Below are positions 1 to 10,894 of a stretch of 64,000 nt of DNA, piece by piece (positions within the stretch are counted from its first letter, which is position 1; each line of letters begins with the position of its first letter). This DNA comes from an uncultured Candidatus Saccharibacteria bacterium. GTDB taxonomy: Bacteria > Patescibacteriota > Minisyncoccia > UBA6257 > JAKLIH01. The position numbers and the translations under genes were made by a program. The stretch is taken from positions 5,250-69,249 of the forward strand of contig CAZUBO010000003.1 in the NCBI GenBank assembly GCA_964618955.1, read 5' to 3'. Under the pieces are notes generated by a model. That model did not search any database and was not told where the DNA came from. It was given only the letters and a program-made list of their open reading frames with translations.

Positions 1-2430
1 TTCTTAAATGCAATTTCTAAATTAGAAAAAGCTAGTGGTAAGAAATTTGATGATGAAAAGAATCCTTTACTCGTCTCTGTTCGTTCCGGAGCTAAGTTCT
101 CTATGCCAGGTATGATGGATACTATTTTAAACTTAGGCCTTAATGATAAAACTGTTGAAGCATTAGCAAAGAAATCCAACAATCCTCGTTTTGCCTATGA
201 CTCTTATCGTAGATTCATTATGATGTTTTCTGATGTTGTTTTAGAAATCGACAAAAAAGAATTCGAAGAATTACTTCATAAGATAAAAGAAGCTAAAGGT
301 TTAAAATATGATTATGAAGTATCATATATTGATTTAAAAGATTTGATTGAAAAATACAAAAAGATGGTTAAAGCCAGAATTGGCAAAGACTTTCCTCAAG
401 ATGTTTTGACTCAACTCAAAATGGCTAGAGACGCTGTATTCAAAAGTTGGAACAATCCTAGAGCTATTACTTATCGTCAGATAAATAAAATTCCTGATAA
501 TTTAGGAACTGCTGTTAACGTTCAAGCTATGGTCTTTGGTAATATGGGTGACGACTGTGCTACTGGCGTAGGCTTTACTCGTAATCCTGCTACTGGCAAA
601 AAAGAATTCTATGGTGAATACTTGATCAACGCTCAAGGTGAAGATGTTGTTTCAGGTGTTCGTACTCCAAAGCCAATCACTAATTTGAAAAACGACATGC
701 CAAAAGTCTATAAACAATTAGTTGAAGTCACTACTCGTTTGGAGAAGCACTATAAAGACATGCAAGATTTTGAATTCACAATTGAAAATGATATCTTATA
801 CATGCTTCAAACTCGTAGTGGTAAAAGAAGTATCAGAGCTGGTATCAAAATTGCTGTTGAGATGGTTAAAGAAAAATTAATTACCATTAACGAAGCTTTA
901 ATGCGTATTGATCCTAATCAAATCAATCAACTTCTTCATCCAATCATTGATCCTAAGGCTAAATTAGATATTATCGCTAAAGGTCTTCCTGCTTCTCCTG
1001 GAGCTGGTACTGGTAAAGTTGTCTTTGATCCTGATGAAGCTGTTGCTATGTCAGAAGCTGGTGAAAAAGTTGTTTTGGTTAGAGATGAAACTTCACCTGA
1101 TGATATCAATGGTATGAATGTCGCCCAAGGTATTCTAACTGCCAGAGGTGGTATGACGTCTCACGCAGCTGTAGTAGCTCGTGGTATGGGCAAATGTAGC
1201 GTTGTTGGCTGTGAAGACATCAAAATCGACATGGCTAAAAAATGTTTTTCTGCTGGGGATATTATCATCAAAGAAGGTGACTATATCACCTTAGATGGAA
1301 ATTCCGGTAATGTCATTTTGGGCAAAGCTAATACTATCATGCCTGAGATTGAAGGCGAATTCAAAACCTTCATGAAATGAGCTGATGAGATTGCTAAATT
1401 AAAAGTCAGAGCTAATGCCGATATTCCTCGGGATGCTAAAGTTGCTAGAAGCTTTGGCGCTGAAGGTATTGGTCTTTGTCGAACAGAGCATATGTTCTTT
1501 GATCCTCAAAGATTACCATATATGCAAGAAATGATTTTAGCTGATACGGAAGACGAAAGAATCAAGGCATTAGCCAAACTTCTTCCATTCCAAAAAGCTG
1601 ATTTTTATGGCTTATTCAAAGAAATGAAGGGATTTCCAGTAACTATCAGAACTCTTGATCCACCACTACATGAATTCCTTCCAAAAACAACTGAAGCTGC
1701 TAAAGAATTATCTTCTATTATCAATGTTCCTTTTGAAAAGATAATTAAAAAATCTCAAGAGCTTCATGAGCAAAATCCAATGCTTGGCCATCGTGGTTGT
1801 CGTTTGGGTATTACTTATCCAGAAATAACCGAAATGCAAGTTCGTGCTATCATGTCTGCTGCGTGTGAGATATATAAAAAGGATAAGATCAAAGTTGTTC
1901 CCGAAATCATGATTCCTTTAGTAGGGAATGTCAAAGAATTTATTGATCAAAGAGAATTATCAATCAAAACAATTGAAGCTGTATTAAAAGAATACAAAGT
2001 AAAGATTGATTACAAAATTGGTACTATGATTGAAGTTCCTCGTGCTGCTTTGACAGCTGATGAAATTGCATCCCAAGCTGAATTCTTCTCTTTTGGAACT
2101 AACGACTTAACTCAAATGGGTATGGGCTTCTCTCGTGATGATGCTGGTAAGTTTATCAAAATCTATTTGAACAAAAAGATTTTGGAAAATGATCCATTCC
2201 AAACTTTGGATCAAACGGGTATTGGCAAATTAATTGTTATGGCAATTAATCTCGGAAGAAAAGTTAAGAAGGATTTGAAATGTGGTATCTGTGGAGAACA
2301 TGGCGGTGATCCTGAAAGTGTAAAATTCTGTCATCGTTCAAACCTCAACTACGTCTCTTGTTCACCTTATCGTGTTCCTGTTGCTAAACTAGCTGCTGCT
2401 CAAGCAGTAATTGAAGAAAAGAAGAAATAG
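1..2430 (+). CDS. ppdK: pyruvate, phosphate dikinase (5' end lies outside the window)
   Basis: Frame 1 is open from base 1. Motifs: SMPGMMDTILNLGLND, GGMTSHAAVVARGMG, LCRTEHMFF, GICGEHGGDP. Track ORFs 103-1380 and 1492-2430 share a frame and join through TGA 1378-1380. Confidence 0.95.
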
Positions 2431-2442
2431 CAATACAATACA

Positions 2443-2475
2443 AAACCCACTGAATTCATCAGTGGGTTTTTGGTT
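2443..2475. terminator. intrinsic terminator between convergent ppdK and the AAA ATPase gene
   Basis: 11-bp stem aaacccactga/tcagtgggttt followed by a T-run. Confidence 0.7.
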
Positions 2476-2490
2476 TTAATTTTTTGATAA

Positions 2491-3672
2491 CTATAAATCA
2501 AAAAAATTAATATATTTTGAATTTGTTTTGTCTATATCTTTATTATAATAAATATAGTTTAAATCAATCTTCGGATACGTTTCGCTAAATTTCGAATAAT
2601 TTTTAGGAACTATTTTAGAAATTTTAAATTTGCTTTCGTAAGCTATTTTATTATCAACTACAAAGTCTACTTCATGCTTATCAGCTGTGCCTCAGTAATT
2701 AATAGTTATCTCGTCATTAGTTTCCAATAGCTTTTTATAAATCATATTTTCTAAAATTTCGCCTTTATCATCTCTATGTTCTAATTTTTCGAAATTATTT
2801 AACAGAACATTTCGCAATCCGAAATCATTAAAATATATTTTATTCATTTTGGTAAGTTCCTTACGTAAATTATTAAAATACGGACTTACTAAATTAATAT
2901 GAAAAGATTTCCTCATGATATATAGAAAGTTGTTTATAATTGTTTTAGAAACGTTCAAAGTATTAGCTAGCTCGTTAAGATTTATCGTTTTGCCTATTTG
3001 GTCAGCCAACAAGACAAAAAGCTTATAAAAAATCTCGTCTTTTTGAATCCCAGCATCATCAATATCTCTTTTAGTATAGGCATAGGCAATTTCATGCAAA
3101 ATCATTTTTTTCTCTTCAGTATCTTCAGTTAGGATTACTCTTGGATATCCACCATAAGTAACATATTCATTCATTAATTCTTTTTTGTCGTTTGTATTTA
3201 AATCTTTAATCTTTAATTTCTTAGCTAGCAAGAATTCTTCAAATGAAAATACATTAAGGAAAAAAATTCTTTTTCTTCCCGCTAAAGAATCTTTAAATTT
3301 TCTGTCGATATAAAAAGCTGAAGATCCAGTTACAATTAATTTAATTTTTCCTTTGTATTTGTCATAATTGAATTTAAGAAAATTCGAAGGATTCTTTAAA
3401 TATTGTATTTCATCTATAAAAACATATTTTTTATCCTTTTCCAATCCATCAATAACAGTTATTAAATTATCAGGATGTTCGTCCAATTTAGCTAACAGAG
3501 TAGGGTCTTCTAAACTAAAAAAGAAGCATTGTTTGCCTTCTTTTTTTAGTTTCTGATACATATGAAAAAGCATGGTTGTTTTGCCAGTTTGCCTAGGGCC
3601 AGTCATTAATGCTATCTCATCTGTATCCAAATAGTCTCAAACAGCATTGTATATTGTACGTTTTATAAACAT
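2491..3672 (-). CDS. AAA+ ATPase of the DUF4143/COG1373 type
   Basis: Walker A GPRQTGKTT. C-terminal Y-W-x5-EVDFVV becomes visible only when TGA 2692-2694 is read through. N-terminus extended to ATG 3672 across a second TGA. Stop is TAG at 2491. Confidence 0.8.
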
Positions 3673-3732
3673 AGTGATTAATTAGTATTTTTGTATAGTT
3701 ATATATTATCAGATAATTTGTACTTTGTCAAT

Positions 3733-3771
3733 GCCAAAAGTCCGTTTTATCGGATAAAACGGACTTTTGGC
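3733..3771. repeat. perfect 17-bp inverted repeat with 5-nt loop in a divergent promoter region
   Basis: gccaaaagtccgtttta / taaaacggacttttggc; no flanking T-run. Confidence 0.8.
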
Positions 3772-3905
3772 TTATCAAAAATCCTTTTTATCGAAATCAA
3801 ATATTTCAATATATTCTGTATAAATATTTGTTTTATAATCGTCTTTTGCATTATTTTCTTTTTTATGATATTATTTATATATAATTTAAATATTAAATAC
3901 AAAAT

Positions 3906-5180
3906 ATGATTAGTTCAAAACCACCTTCTGGTATGAGAGATACTCTCCCAAATGCCTTAAGACAAAAACAAAGAATTATAAATCAAATTAAACAAATCTT
4001 CGAGAAGTTTAATTATGACCCTATTGATACTCCAGTTCTGGAACGTATCGAGGTTTTAAATGGCAAATTTAGCAGTGAAGAAGAAAACGATAAATTAATT
4101 TTTCAAATTCAAAAACGTGGAGATAAATCTGAAGAAGGTTGTGACCTTGGTCTTCGCTATGATCTTACTGTTCCGCTATCGCGCTTCTATACTGAATATC
4201 AAAATGACTTACCTAAAGTTTTCAAACGCTATTGTATTGATAAAGTCTGACGAGCTGAACGAGCTGGCCGTGGTAGATATCGTGAATTCTATCAATGTGA
4301 TATTGATACTATCGGCTCATCTTCTAATCTAGTTGAAGCCGAGACTTTCTTAGCTTTAGCGCAAGCTTTAAAATGCTTTGATTTAAAGAATCTTTCTTTA
4401 AAAATCAGCTCTCGTGATTTCTTGAAGAAATTCTTAGAAAGTTTTGGCATTACTGATTTAAAAACTTTTATGACTTGTCTTGATAAGCAAGATAAGATTG
4501 GTCTTGATGGTGTTTTGGACGAATTAAAATCAAAAAGTTTTAACGAATCTACTTCTAAAAATATCTTAGATACTTTAAGTAATGATTCTGTTTTTGAATC
4601 TTATTGTAATTCTAAGCCAGAAATTATGGCTGTTATTAATCAAGTCAATAATATCATTGATTTAGTAAAGCCTTCCCTAACAGACATTAATGTATATTTT
4701 TGTAAGACCTTAGTAAGAGGGTTTGATTACTATACTAGCACTATTTTTGAATTCTATAGTCCTGAATTAGAATCCACCATTGCTGGTGGTGGCAGATATG
4801 ATAGCCTAACTAGTATTTTCAATGGTAACAAAACTCCTGCTTGTGGAGGTTCTATTGGTATTGAAAGAATCTTTGGGCTATTAGAAGGTAAAGAAATTAA
4901 AAATGAAAAACAATCAGTTTTAATTGCTTTGTTCGACGAATCTATGAAGTCAGATTGTTTAGAATTATTAAATTACTTAATTCAAAACAATATTAATTCC
5001 GAAATATATTTAGAAGCTGATAAATTGAGCGATCAAATTAAATACGCTTTATCAAAAGGTTGTAAATATTTAATTATCTATGGCCCTGACGAAAAGCAAA
5101 AGGGAATAGTAACAATTAAGAATTTAGAAACTAAAGAACAGCAAGAAGTATCCAGAGATGATTTAAAAGATTACGATTGA
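3906..5180 (+). CDS. hisS: histidyl-tRNA synthetase
   Basis: Class II motifs GMRD, GRGRYREFYQCDID, GGGRYD, GGSIGIERI. Track ORFs 3906-4250 and 4422-5180 share a frame and join through TGA 4248-4250, which aligns to an aromatic position. Confidence 0.9.
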
Positions 5181-5197
5181 TAATTTCAAAAATTGAA

Positions 5198-5224
5198 CTA
5201 GGCAGCCTTTTGGCTGCCTAGTTT
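5198..5224 (+). terminator. hisS intrinsic terminator
   Basis: 10-bp stem ctaggcagcc/ggctgcctag, tttt loop, then T-run. Confidence 0.75.
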
Positions 5225-5250
5225 GACTTTTAAATATTCTATGTTATCAT
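5223..5250 (+). promoter_or_regulatory. sigma-70-like promoter
   Basis: TTGACT, 16-nt spacer, TATCAT. No ORF lies downstream before the terminator at 5460-5490. Confidence 0.45.
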
Positions 5251-5256
5251 TGTATT

Positions 5257-5490
5257 AGTACGTTAAAAAAGTGCAAAGAACTTGATTATTCAAGTCAGGC
5301 ACAATGCATGCATATAGATGCTATTTTAACGCTTAAAGGATTTCCTGGCAGTTTAGTACCGGTGAGGGAAAAATGCTAGGGAAGCACAATATCGCTTCAA
5401 GAAACGAAGTGAATATTTATCCACTTCTACAAACACAAAATTTAATCTTCCTTGGAGTAAGCAACCTCGCTTATAGGTTGCTTTTCTCTT
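5257..5490 (+). ncRNA. candidate unclassified structured RNA (about 230 nt)
   Basis: Bounded by the 5223-5250 promoter and the aagcaacct/aggttgctt + T-run terminator (5460-5490). Locally GC-richer than its surroundings, several hairpins, no ORF with an RBS. Confidence 0.3.
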
Positions 5491-5497
5491 TATATTA

Positions 5498-5533
5498 ATA
5501 AAAACAGTGGCATATCGTCACGACATTCCACTG
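5498..5533 (-). terminator. recG intrinsic terminator
   Basis: Minus strand: cagtgg...ccactg stem followed by ttttt. Confidence 0.6.
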
Positions 5534-5625
5534 AGTTACTGAGTTTTTATGGTTTTTTGCTAAAAAGTTTAATAACCACCTCCTTTGTATTGAAAACTAA
5601 TACCAGTATAACACATAGTCATATA

Positions 5626-7782
5626 TTATTCCATATGTAGCTTTTCTACGAATTCTTTGTATCTTTTCAAAAACAAAGGATATTTTTTTAATTCTGAATC
5701 GGTAGCAAATATCAATTTTGCTTCTTCTTGAATATCTTTTAGTAATTTTGAATCTTTTAAGGCTGACATTGCTAAGTCCGGGAAGCCTGATTGATTCTTT
5801 CCAAACATCTCTCCTGGTCCTCTAAGTTTTAAATCAATTTCCGCTAATTTAAAACCATCATTACAATCTACCATAGCATTTAATCTCTCTCTGGTTGTTT
5901 TACTATTAGATTCAGTATACAAAAAACAATATGATTGGTAATTCCCCCTGCCAACTCTACCTCGGAATTGATGTAATTGCGCTAAACCAAATCATTCTGT
6001 TCCCATAATTAGCATTATCGTTGCATTAGGAATATCAACTCCAACTTCAATAACTGAAGTTGATACTAGCAGATTAGTTTCATTCCTACTGAATTTATTC
6101 ATTACCAATTCTTTTTCTTTTGGTTTCATTTTTCCATGAAGCATTTCAATATTGAATTCTGGAAAGATCTTCTTCATGGTCTCAACTTCTTTTTTAACAG
6201 CCTTTACTTCTGAATTTAACATCTGCTCAAATGAAAAAAGATTTTTGCCTTTAACTTCTCCTTCTTCTATAACTTCTTCAATTCTTGGACAAATTACAAA
6301 TACTTGTCTTCCGGATTTAATTTCTTTTCTAATAAATTCAAACATTGGTCCTTCTTTGGATTTTGTAATAATCTTTGTTATTATTTTCTTCCTATTCTTT
6401 GGCATTTCATCCAATATCGATAAATCCAAATCTCCATAGATTGATAAAGCTAAAGTTCTTGGGATTGGAGTTGCTGTCATTGAAAGGAAATGAGGAATTA
6501 ATTCATTTTGCTTACTTAATAATTCCTTTCTTTGTTTAATTCCAAATCGATGTTGTTCATCTATTATTACTAATCCTAATTTTGAAAAGTCAATATTCTT
6601 TTGAATCAAAGCATGGGTTCCAATAACTAATCATTCAGTACCTTCTGAAATACTTTTTAGTAAGTATTCTTTAGTGACTTTACCTTCAATAAATCCATCT
6701 TTAATTCTAACTCCTTCGCCAGTCATTAAGGCAACTTTAATCTCAAAACCTTCTAAGTATTTAATAAGGTTTTGGAAGTGTTGTTTGGCCAATACTTCAG
6801 TTGGGGCCATGAAGGCCACTTGATAGCCTTGAGTTACTGTTAAGAGGGATACAATAATTCCAATCATAGTTTTACCTGATCCAACATCGCCTTCTAGCAG
6901 TCTATTCATTGGTGATCCTTTTTCCATATCTTGCATTATCTCTCAGATAGCTTTCTTCTGTGAAGCGGTTAGAATAAAAGGCAAAGTACTTAAGAATTTC
7001 TTTACTAATTCAACATCCGCTTTTATCTTTGGGGCTTTGTTTTTCGCCATCTTGTTTTTAATATGCATTAAATGAAGCTGAGTTAAAAGCATTTCTTCAA
7101 AGATAAATCTTTTTCTGGCTAATTCGGCTTCCTGAATTGTATTCGGAAAATGTATTTTGTTTATTGCTTCTTTAAAACTCAAAAGTTTGTTTCTTTTTAA
7201 AGTATCATTTGACAATGAATCAACAAATTCATTTTGAAATGAATCTAATAGTCTTTTAATATATGTTCTTAGCATTTTGGAACTTACCCCACTAGTCTCT
7301 GGATATACTGGAATCAATCTTCCAGTATGTTTTAGTGTTGATATATCCACTTCTTCATTCTCATCGCCTTCTAGTATTTCAAAAGCTGGGCTTTGAAAAA
7401 CAAAATGTTTGCCTTTAATTTTTGGTTTGCCTGATACCGTAATTACCGTGCCTTCTTTCAATTGTTTAGAAATGAATGGTTGATTAAATCAAACAATATC
7501 CGCTTTACCGCTCTCGTCAATAATCTTGCCTTCAGTTAAAAGCATATGTCTGTGATATGTTCGATAACTTTTTAGAGTTCCAACTTTACCAATGATTGTG
7601 GAATTTTCACCTTCAACTAATTCACTGATAGATTTAATATTTGTAAAATCTTGATATCTAAAAGGGAAATGTCATAAAAGATCTTTTATGGTATTTATAT
7701 TCAATGATTTTAATTTGTCGTTGTAATATTTTCCAACTCCATAGAGATTAGAAATATTGTCTGTTAATTTTATATCATTCAT
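5626..7782 (-). CDS. recG: ATP-dependent DNA helicase RecG
   Basis: Five track fragments plus 7672-7881 share one frame (2157 nt) and join through in-frame TGAs. Motifs: GDVGSGKT, DEQHRFG, TATPIPRT, QLHQFRGRVGRG, and a wedge region with FPFRYQD and V-W-FNQPF. Confidence 0.9.
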
Positions 7783-7843
7783 TTTTCTTTTTTTATATAT
7801 TTGTATTTTATCAGATTTTTCAATTTTTGTCATTTTTTTTTGA

Positions 7844-7997
7844 CAAAAGAAAAAGACACCACGGCGGATGTCTATTTTCAAAAAAACGAATAATATATAA
7901 AGAACTAATTTTTAGTCGGGACCAAGGGGTCCCGCCAGGAGGTTTTGAGTATCACCCATAACCATTGTAATTATACCACATATTGATATAATGTCAA
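7844..7997 (-). promoter_or_regulatory. consensus promoter + GC-rich hairpin + intrinsic terminator unit upstream of recG
   Basis: Minus strand: TTGACA (7992-7997), 16-nt spacer, extended TGG-TATAAT (7970-7975). Hairpin cgggacc-cctt-ggtcccg. Terminator agacatc/ggtgtct + ttttctttt (7844-7873). Confidence 0.4.
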
Positions 7998-8049
7998 CGC
8001 AAGAATGTACTAATCAAAAATTTAAAGTAAGATAAAAAGCTTGTTATAG

Positions 8050-8077
8050 TTGACAATTATTTTTACAGGAGTATAAT
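8050..8077 (+). promoter_or_regulatory. sigma-70-like promoter
   Basis: TTGACA, 16-nt spacer, TATAAT. Confidence 0.6.
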
Positions 8078-8109
8078 ATTAATATTAATTATTTAATTAA
8101 AATATAATC

Positions 8110-8547
8110 ATGAGTTTATTAAATTTTATAAAAAAACCAAAAGAAAAGGTTGTTGATCATAAAAAATCAACAGAAACTATAATGGAACGACAACATAAAC
8201 TGGGACAGCAAATAAAAGATGCCGTCGACAAGGCTCTTTTAAAAAATGTTGTATATAATAATGATATTTGTGGAAAGTCAAAAACATCCGAAAGACCTAT
8301 TACATCTGTAATTGAGCGTGGTGGTTATTTTATAATTCTGGTTAAAAGCCCAGAAGATGAAAAGTTGATGGGCGGTGGAATTATTTTTGAAATAAATATT
8401 AATTTAAGCCATAAGGGTGAAGAGTTTCACATATTTCCAGCTCCAGCAGGAGATAATGGCTGTAGATCGCTTCAAGAGGCGGTTAATTTTCAAACGTTAG
8501 CTGTTAAAAAAGCAAGAACCTGTTCTAGATTTCATCAACAAGCTTAA
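8110..8547 (+). CDS. hypothetical protein (145 aa)
   Basis: Intact ORF with its own consensus promoter and terminator; no family recognised. Confidence 0.55.
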   Translation: MSLLNFIKKPKEKVVDHKKSTETIMERQHKLGQQIKDAVDKALLKNVVYNNDICGKSKTSERPITSVIERGGYFIILVKSPEDEKLMGGGIIFEININLSHKGEEFHIFPAPAGDNGCRSLQEAVNFQTLAVKKARTCSRFHQQA

Positions 8548-8556
8548 ACCTATCTA

Positions 8557-8586
8557 ATCTGCTCGCCCAAAAGACGAGCAGATTTT
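8557..8586 (+). terminator. intrinsic terminator
   Basis: Stem atctgctcg/cgagcagat followed by tttt. Confidence 0.75.
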
Positions 8587-8614
8587 AGCTCTTTTGAGTT
8601 TTCCACACCGTCTC

Positions 8615-8643
8615 TTGACAAAACAGGATGAAAGTGGTATAAT
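8615..8643 (+). promoter_or_regulatory. sigma-70-like promoter with extended -10
   Basis: TTGACA, 17-nt spacer, TGG-TATAAT. Confidence 0.6.
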
Positions 8644-8649
8644 TATAAT

Positions 8650-8839
8650 ATATTTAAAGATCAAGAAAGTCCTACTTTTTAGGTCTTTTTTCGTCTCTGA
8701 ATATATTGGACTTTAAATCATATATTTCTTCACTAACCACAAGGGGGCGTTTCACTTCGTATATATATCATATATTCGAAACATCCTAGAAATCCCCTTA
8801 TGGTTAGTGAAGAAAATAAATTTTTATTTGGAGGACAAC
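8650..8839 (+). promoter_or_regulatory. long structured 5' leader
   Basis: About 190 nt lie between the promoter and the ATG. A 19-nt inverted repeat (8728-8747 with 8794-8812, one G-U pair) encloses a nested gtttc/gaaac hairpin. Confidence 0.4.
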
Positions 8840-9127
8840 ATGGTTAAAAAAACCAAAGAAACGTTGAGTGGAATTATTGCTTCGCTGGTAATAATCATTT
8901 TGATTATGATTGGTGGGGCATTAACAAATCCATCACCACGAGAAGAAGCCAAGATGGCCATTTTTACAATGGCTAGAAATGGTTTATCTGAGGAGACAAT
9001 TGCCTCCTCTTATAAGTTCAGAGAATATCCATACAATCGGATATTTAAAGAACTTCAATCTTCGGGTGAGTTGGATAAGCTCATCGAAAAAGGATGGTCG
9101 TCACGATGACCATCAAAAAACCCCTAG
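8840..9127 (+). CDS. small single-pass membrane protein
   Basis: GGAGGA RBS 5 nt upstream of ATG 8840. One transmembrane segment. TGA 9107-9109 is read through to TAG 9125-9127, which lies inside the terminator stem. Confidence 0.55.
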
Positions 9128-9151
9128 TTGCAAATGTGACTAGGGGTTTTT
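9115..9151 (+). terminator. intrinsic terminator
   Basis: Stem cccctagt/actagggg followed by ttttt. Confidence 0.75.
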
Positions 9152-9233
9152 CATTTCCCCAATTTCTCTTGCATTTTTTTTCAATCCCTGATATAATATT
9201 TTGCGACATACTAAAAATATAATTTTTTAAACC

Positions 9234-10169
9234 ATGCTTTTAAAAAAATTACTAACTGATTATTTAAATTTCTTAGAGATTGAAAAAAATCGCAGTATTA
9301 ATACTCGCGATAATTATGAACGTTATTTAATTCATTTTTTAAAATGACTTTCTAGTTATCTTGGCAAGAGCTGAGAGACTTTAATTCCTAAAGATATTTC
9401 TTATGATGCTTTACGCGAATACCGTTTGTTTTTAAATCGTGAATTAATTGATAATGGTGAGCAAAGAAAAAAAAATACCCAAGGCTACTATATCATTGCC
9501 ATTCGTAATTTCTTTAAGTATTTGATTCGTCGTGACGTTGAGATTGTCTCGCCTGATAGAATTGATTTACCCAAGACTAGTGATAGGGAGATTACTATAG
9601 TATCCGAAAGTGAATTAATTAGACTTTTAGAAGCTCCTGACTTATCAAGTTTGAAAGGTATTCGTGATAAAGCTATTTTAGAATTACTTTTTTCTACCGG
9701 CCTTCGTGTGTCCGAACTTTGCTCACTAAACAAAGATAGTATCAACTTCCAAACCGGCGAATTCCCGATAAGAGGAAAAGGTAGAAAGATTAGAATTGTC
9801 TTTCTGTCTGATCGTGCTAAGAAATATGTTGAAGATTGATTAAAAGCTCGAAAGAATATTGTTGATGAACCTTTGTTTGTTGGCTTACCTAATGTTAAAA
9901 GCAAAACCTATACTCGCTTAACTTCTCGCTCTATTGAGCGTATGATAAGATTCTATTCTATTAAAGCTGGTATTACTAAGAAAGTAGTTCCTCATACTCT
10001 AAGACATTGCTTTGCTACTGATTTGCTTCAGAATGGCGCTGATATTCGTTCCGTCCAATCAATGCTTGGGCATTCTTCAATTGCTACGACTCAGATCTAT
10101 ACCCATCTTACGGATCGTGCTTTAAAAGAAACTTATCGAAAATTCCATGGTAAAGGAATGCATAATTAA
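9234..10169 (+). CDS. XerC/XerD-type tyrosine recombinase
   Basis: N-terminal SAM-like domain; catalytic region with [33 protein letters not shown]. Three in-frame TGAs join 9234-9425, 9426-9839 and 9873-10169. Confidence 0.85.
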
Positions 10170-10200
10170 AAAAATTACCTTTTAAAAGGTAATTCAATTG

Positions 10201-10274
10201 TGCCTCCGGAAGGATTCGAACCTTCAACCTCATGGTCCGAAGCCATGCACTCTATCCAGTTGCGCTACGGAGGC
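10201..10274 (-). tRNA. tRNA-Arg (anticodon TCG)
   Basis: Hand-folded cloverleaf: acceptor gcctccg/cggaggc, anticodon loop ct-TCG-ga, T arm gaagg-ttcgaat-ccttc. Confidence 0.85.
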
Positions 10275-10327
10275 CAAAATTCATCTTAAAATTATATTAA
10301 CATATTTTGTTTTTTAAGTAAAGGATT

Positions 10328-10852
10328 ATGAAAAAAATTAATTTAAATTTATTTTATAAAATTTACAAAAATCGTTCAAAAACTTTAAGTGTTGTTTCTT
10401 GAACTTTAAGTAACAAAGCTTTTTTGTTTTTGTTTTTTGGTATTATCTCTTTTGTTTTTTTAATTATAAAACATGATTGAAATTTAGTTTTTAAATTATC
10501 TTTTAATATTGTTTTAATTTTGTTTTTAGTTAAAATTGTTATCGATGATGTTATCAAGAAATATACCTATCATCCACGACCTTATTTAACTCAAACTGAT
10601 ATTGAGCCTTTAGGCAAAAAAGAACAGGGTAGTACTTCACCATCCGGTCATGTAACTGCTGTTACTGCTGCCGTCTTTACTCTTTGTTTTTATAGTCCTT
10701 GATTTGTTTTTCTTTTGCCTTTAATTCCTTTGATTATGTGATCCCGTGTATATAACGGTATGCATTGACCTTTGGATGTTTTTTTAGGATTAATTCTTGG
10801 AATTATCTTTTCAAACTTTAGTTATATGCTTGCTAGTTTGATTTTTAAGTAA
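10328..10852 (+). CDS. PAP2-family phosphatase (undecaprenyl-diphosphatase-like)
   Basis: Motifs KxxxxxxRP (KKYTYHPRP), PSGH and SRVYNGMH-W-PLDV; multi-pass membrane protein. Missed by the track because it contains five in-frame TGAs. Confidence 0.8.
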
Positions 10853-10894
10853 AATTAATATATAATTTATTTAATAAAAACATAAACAAAAAAT

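Noticed and set aside
3691-3905. T-box leader upstream of hisS
   Set aside because: The region is AT-rich and lacks a T-box sequence (GGUGGUACCGCG-like) and a specifier-loop architecture. It contains only the 17-bp hairpin.
9234-10274. Integrase + tRNA-Arg marking an integrated genomic island
   Set aside because: The recombinase has the XerC/D-type N-terminal domain and motifs. I also found no direct repeat of the tRNA 3' end (tgcctccggaaggattcgaacc) in the upstream 3 kb.
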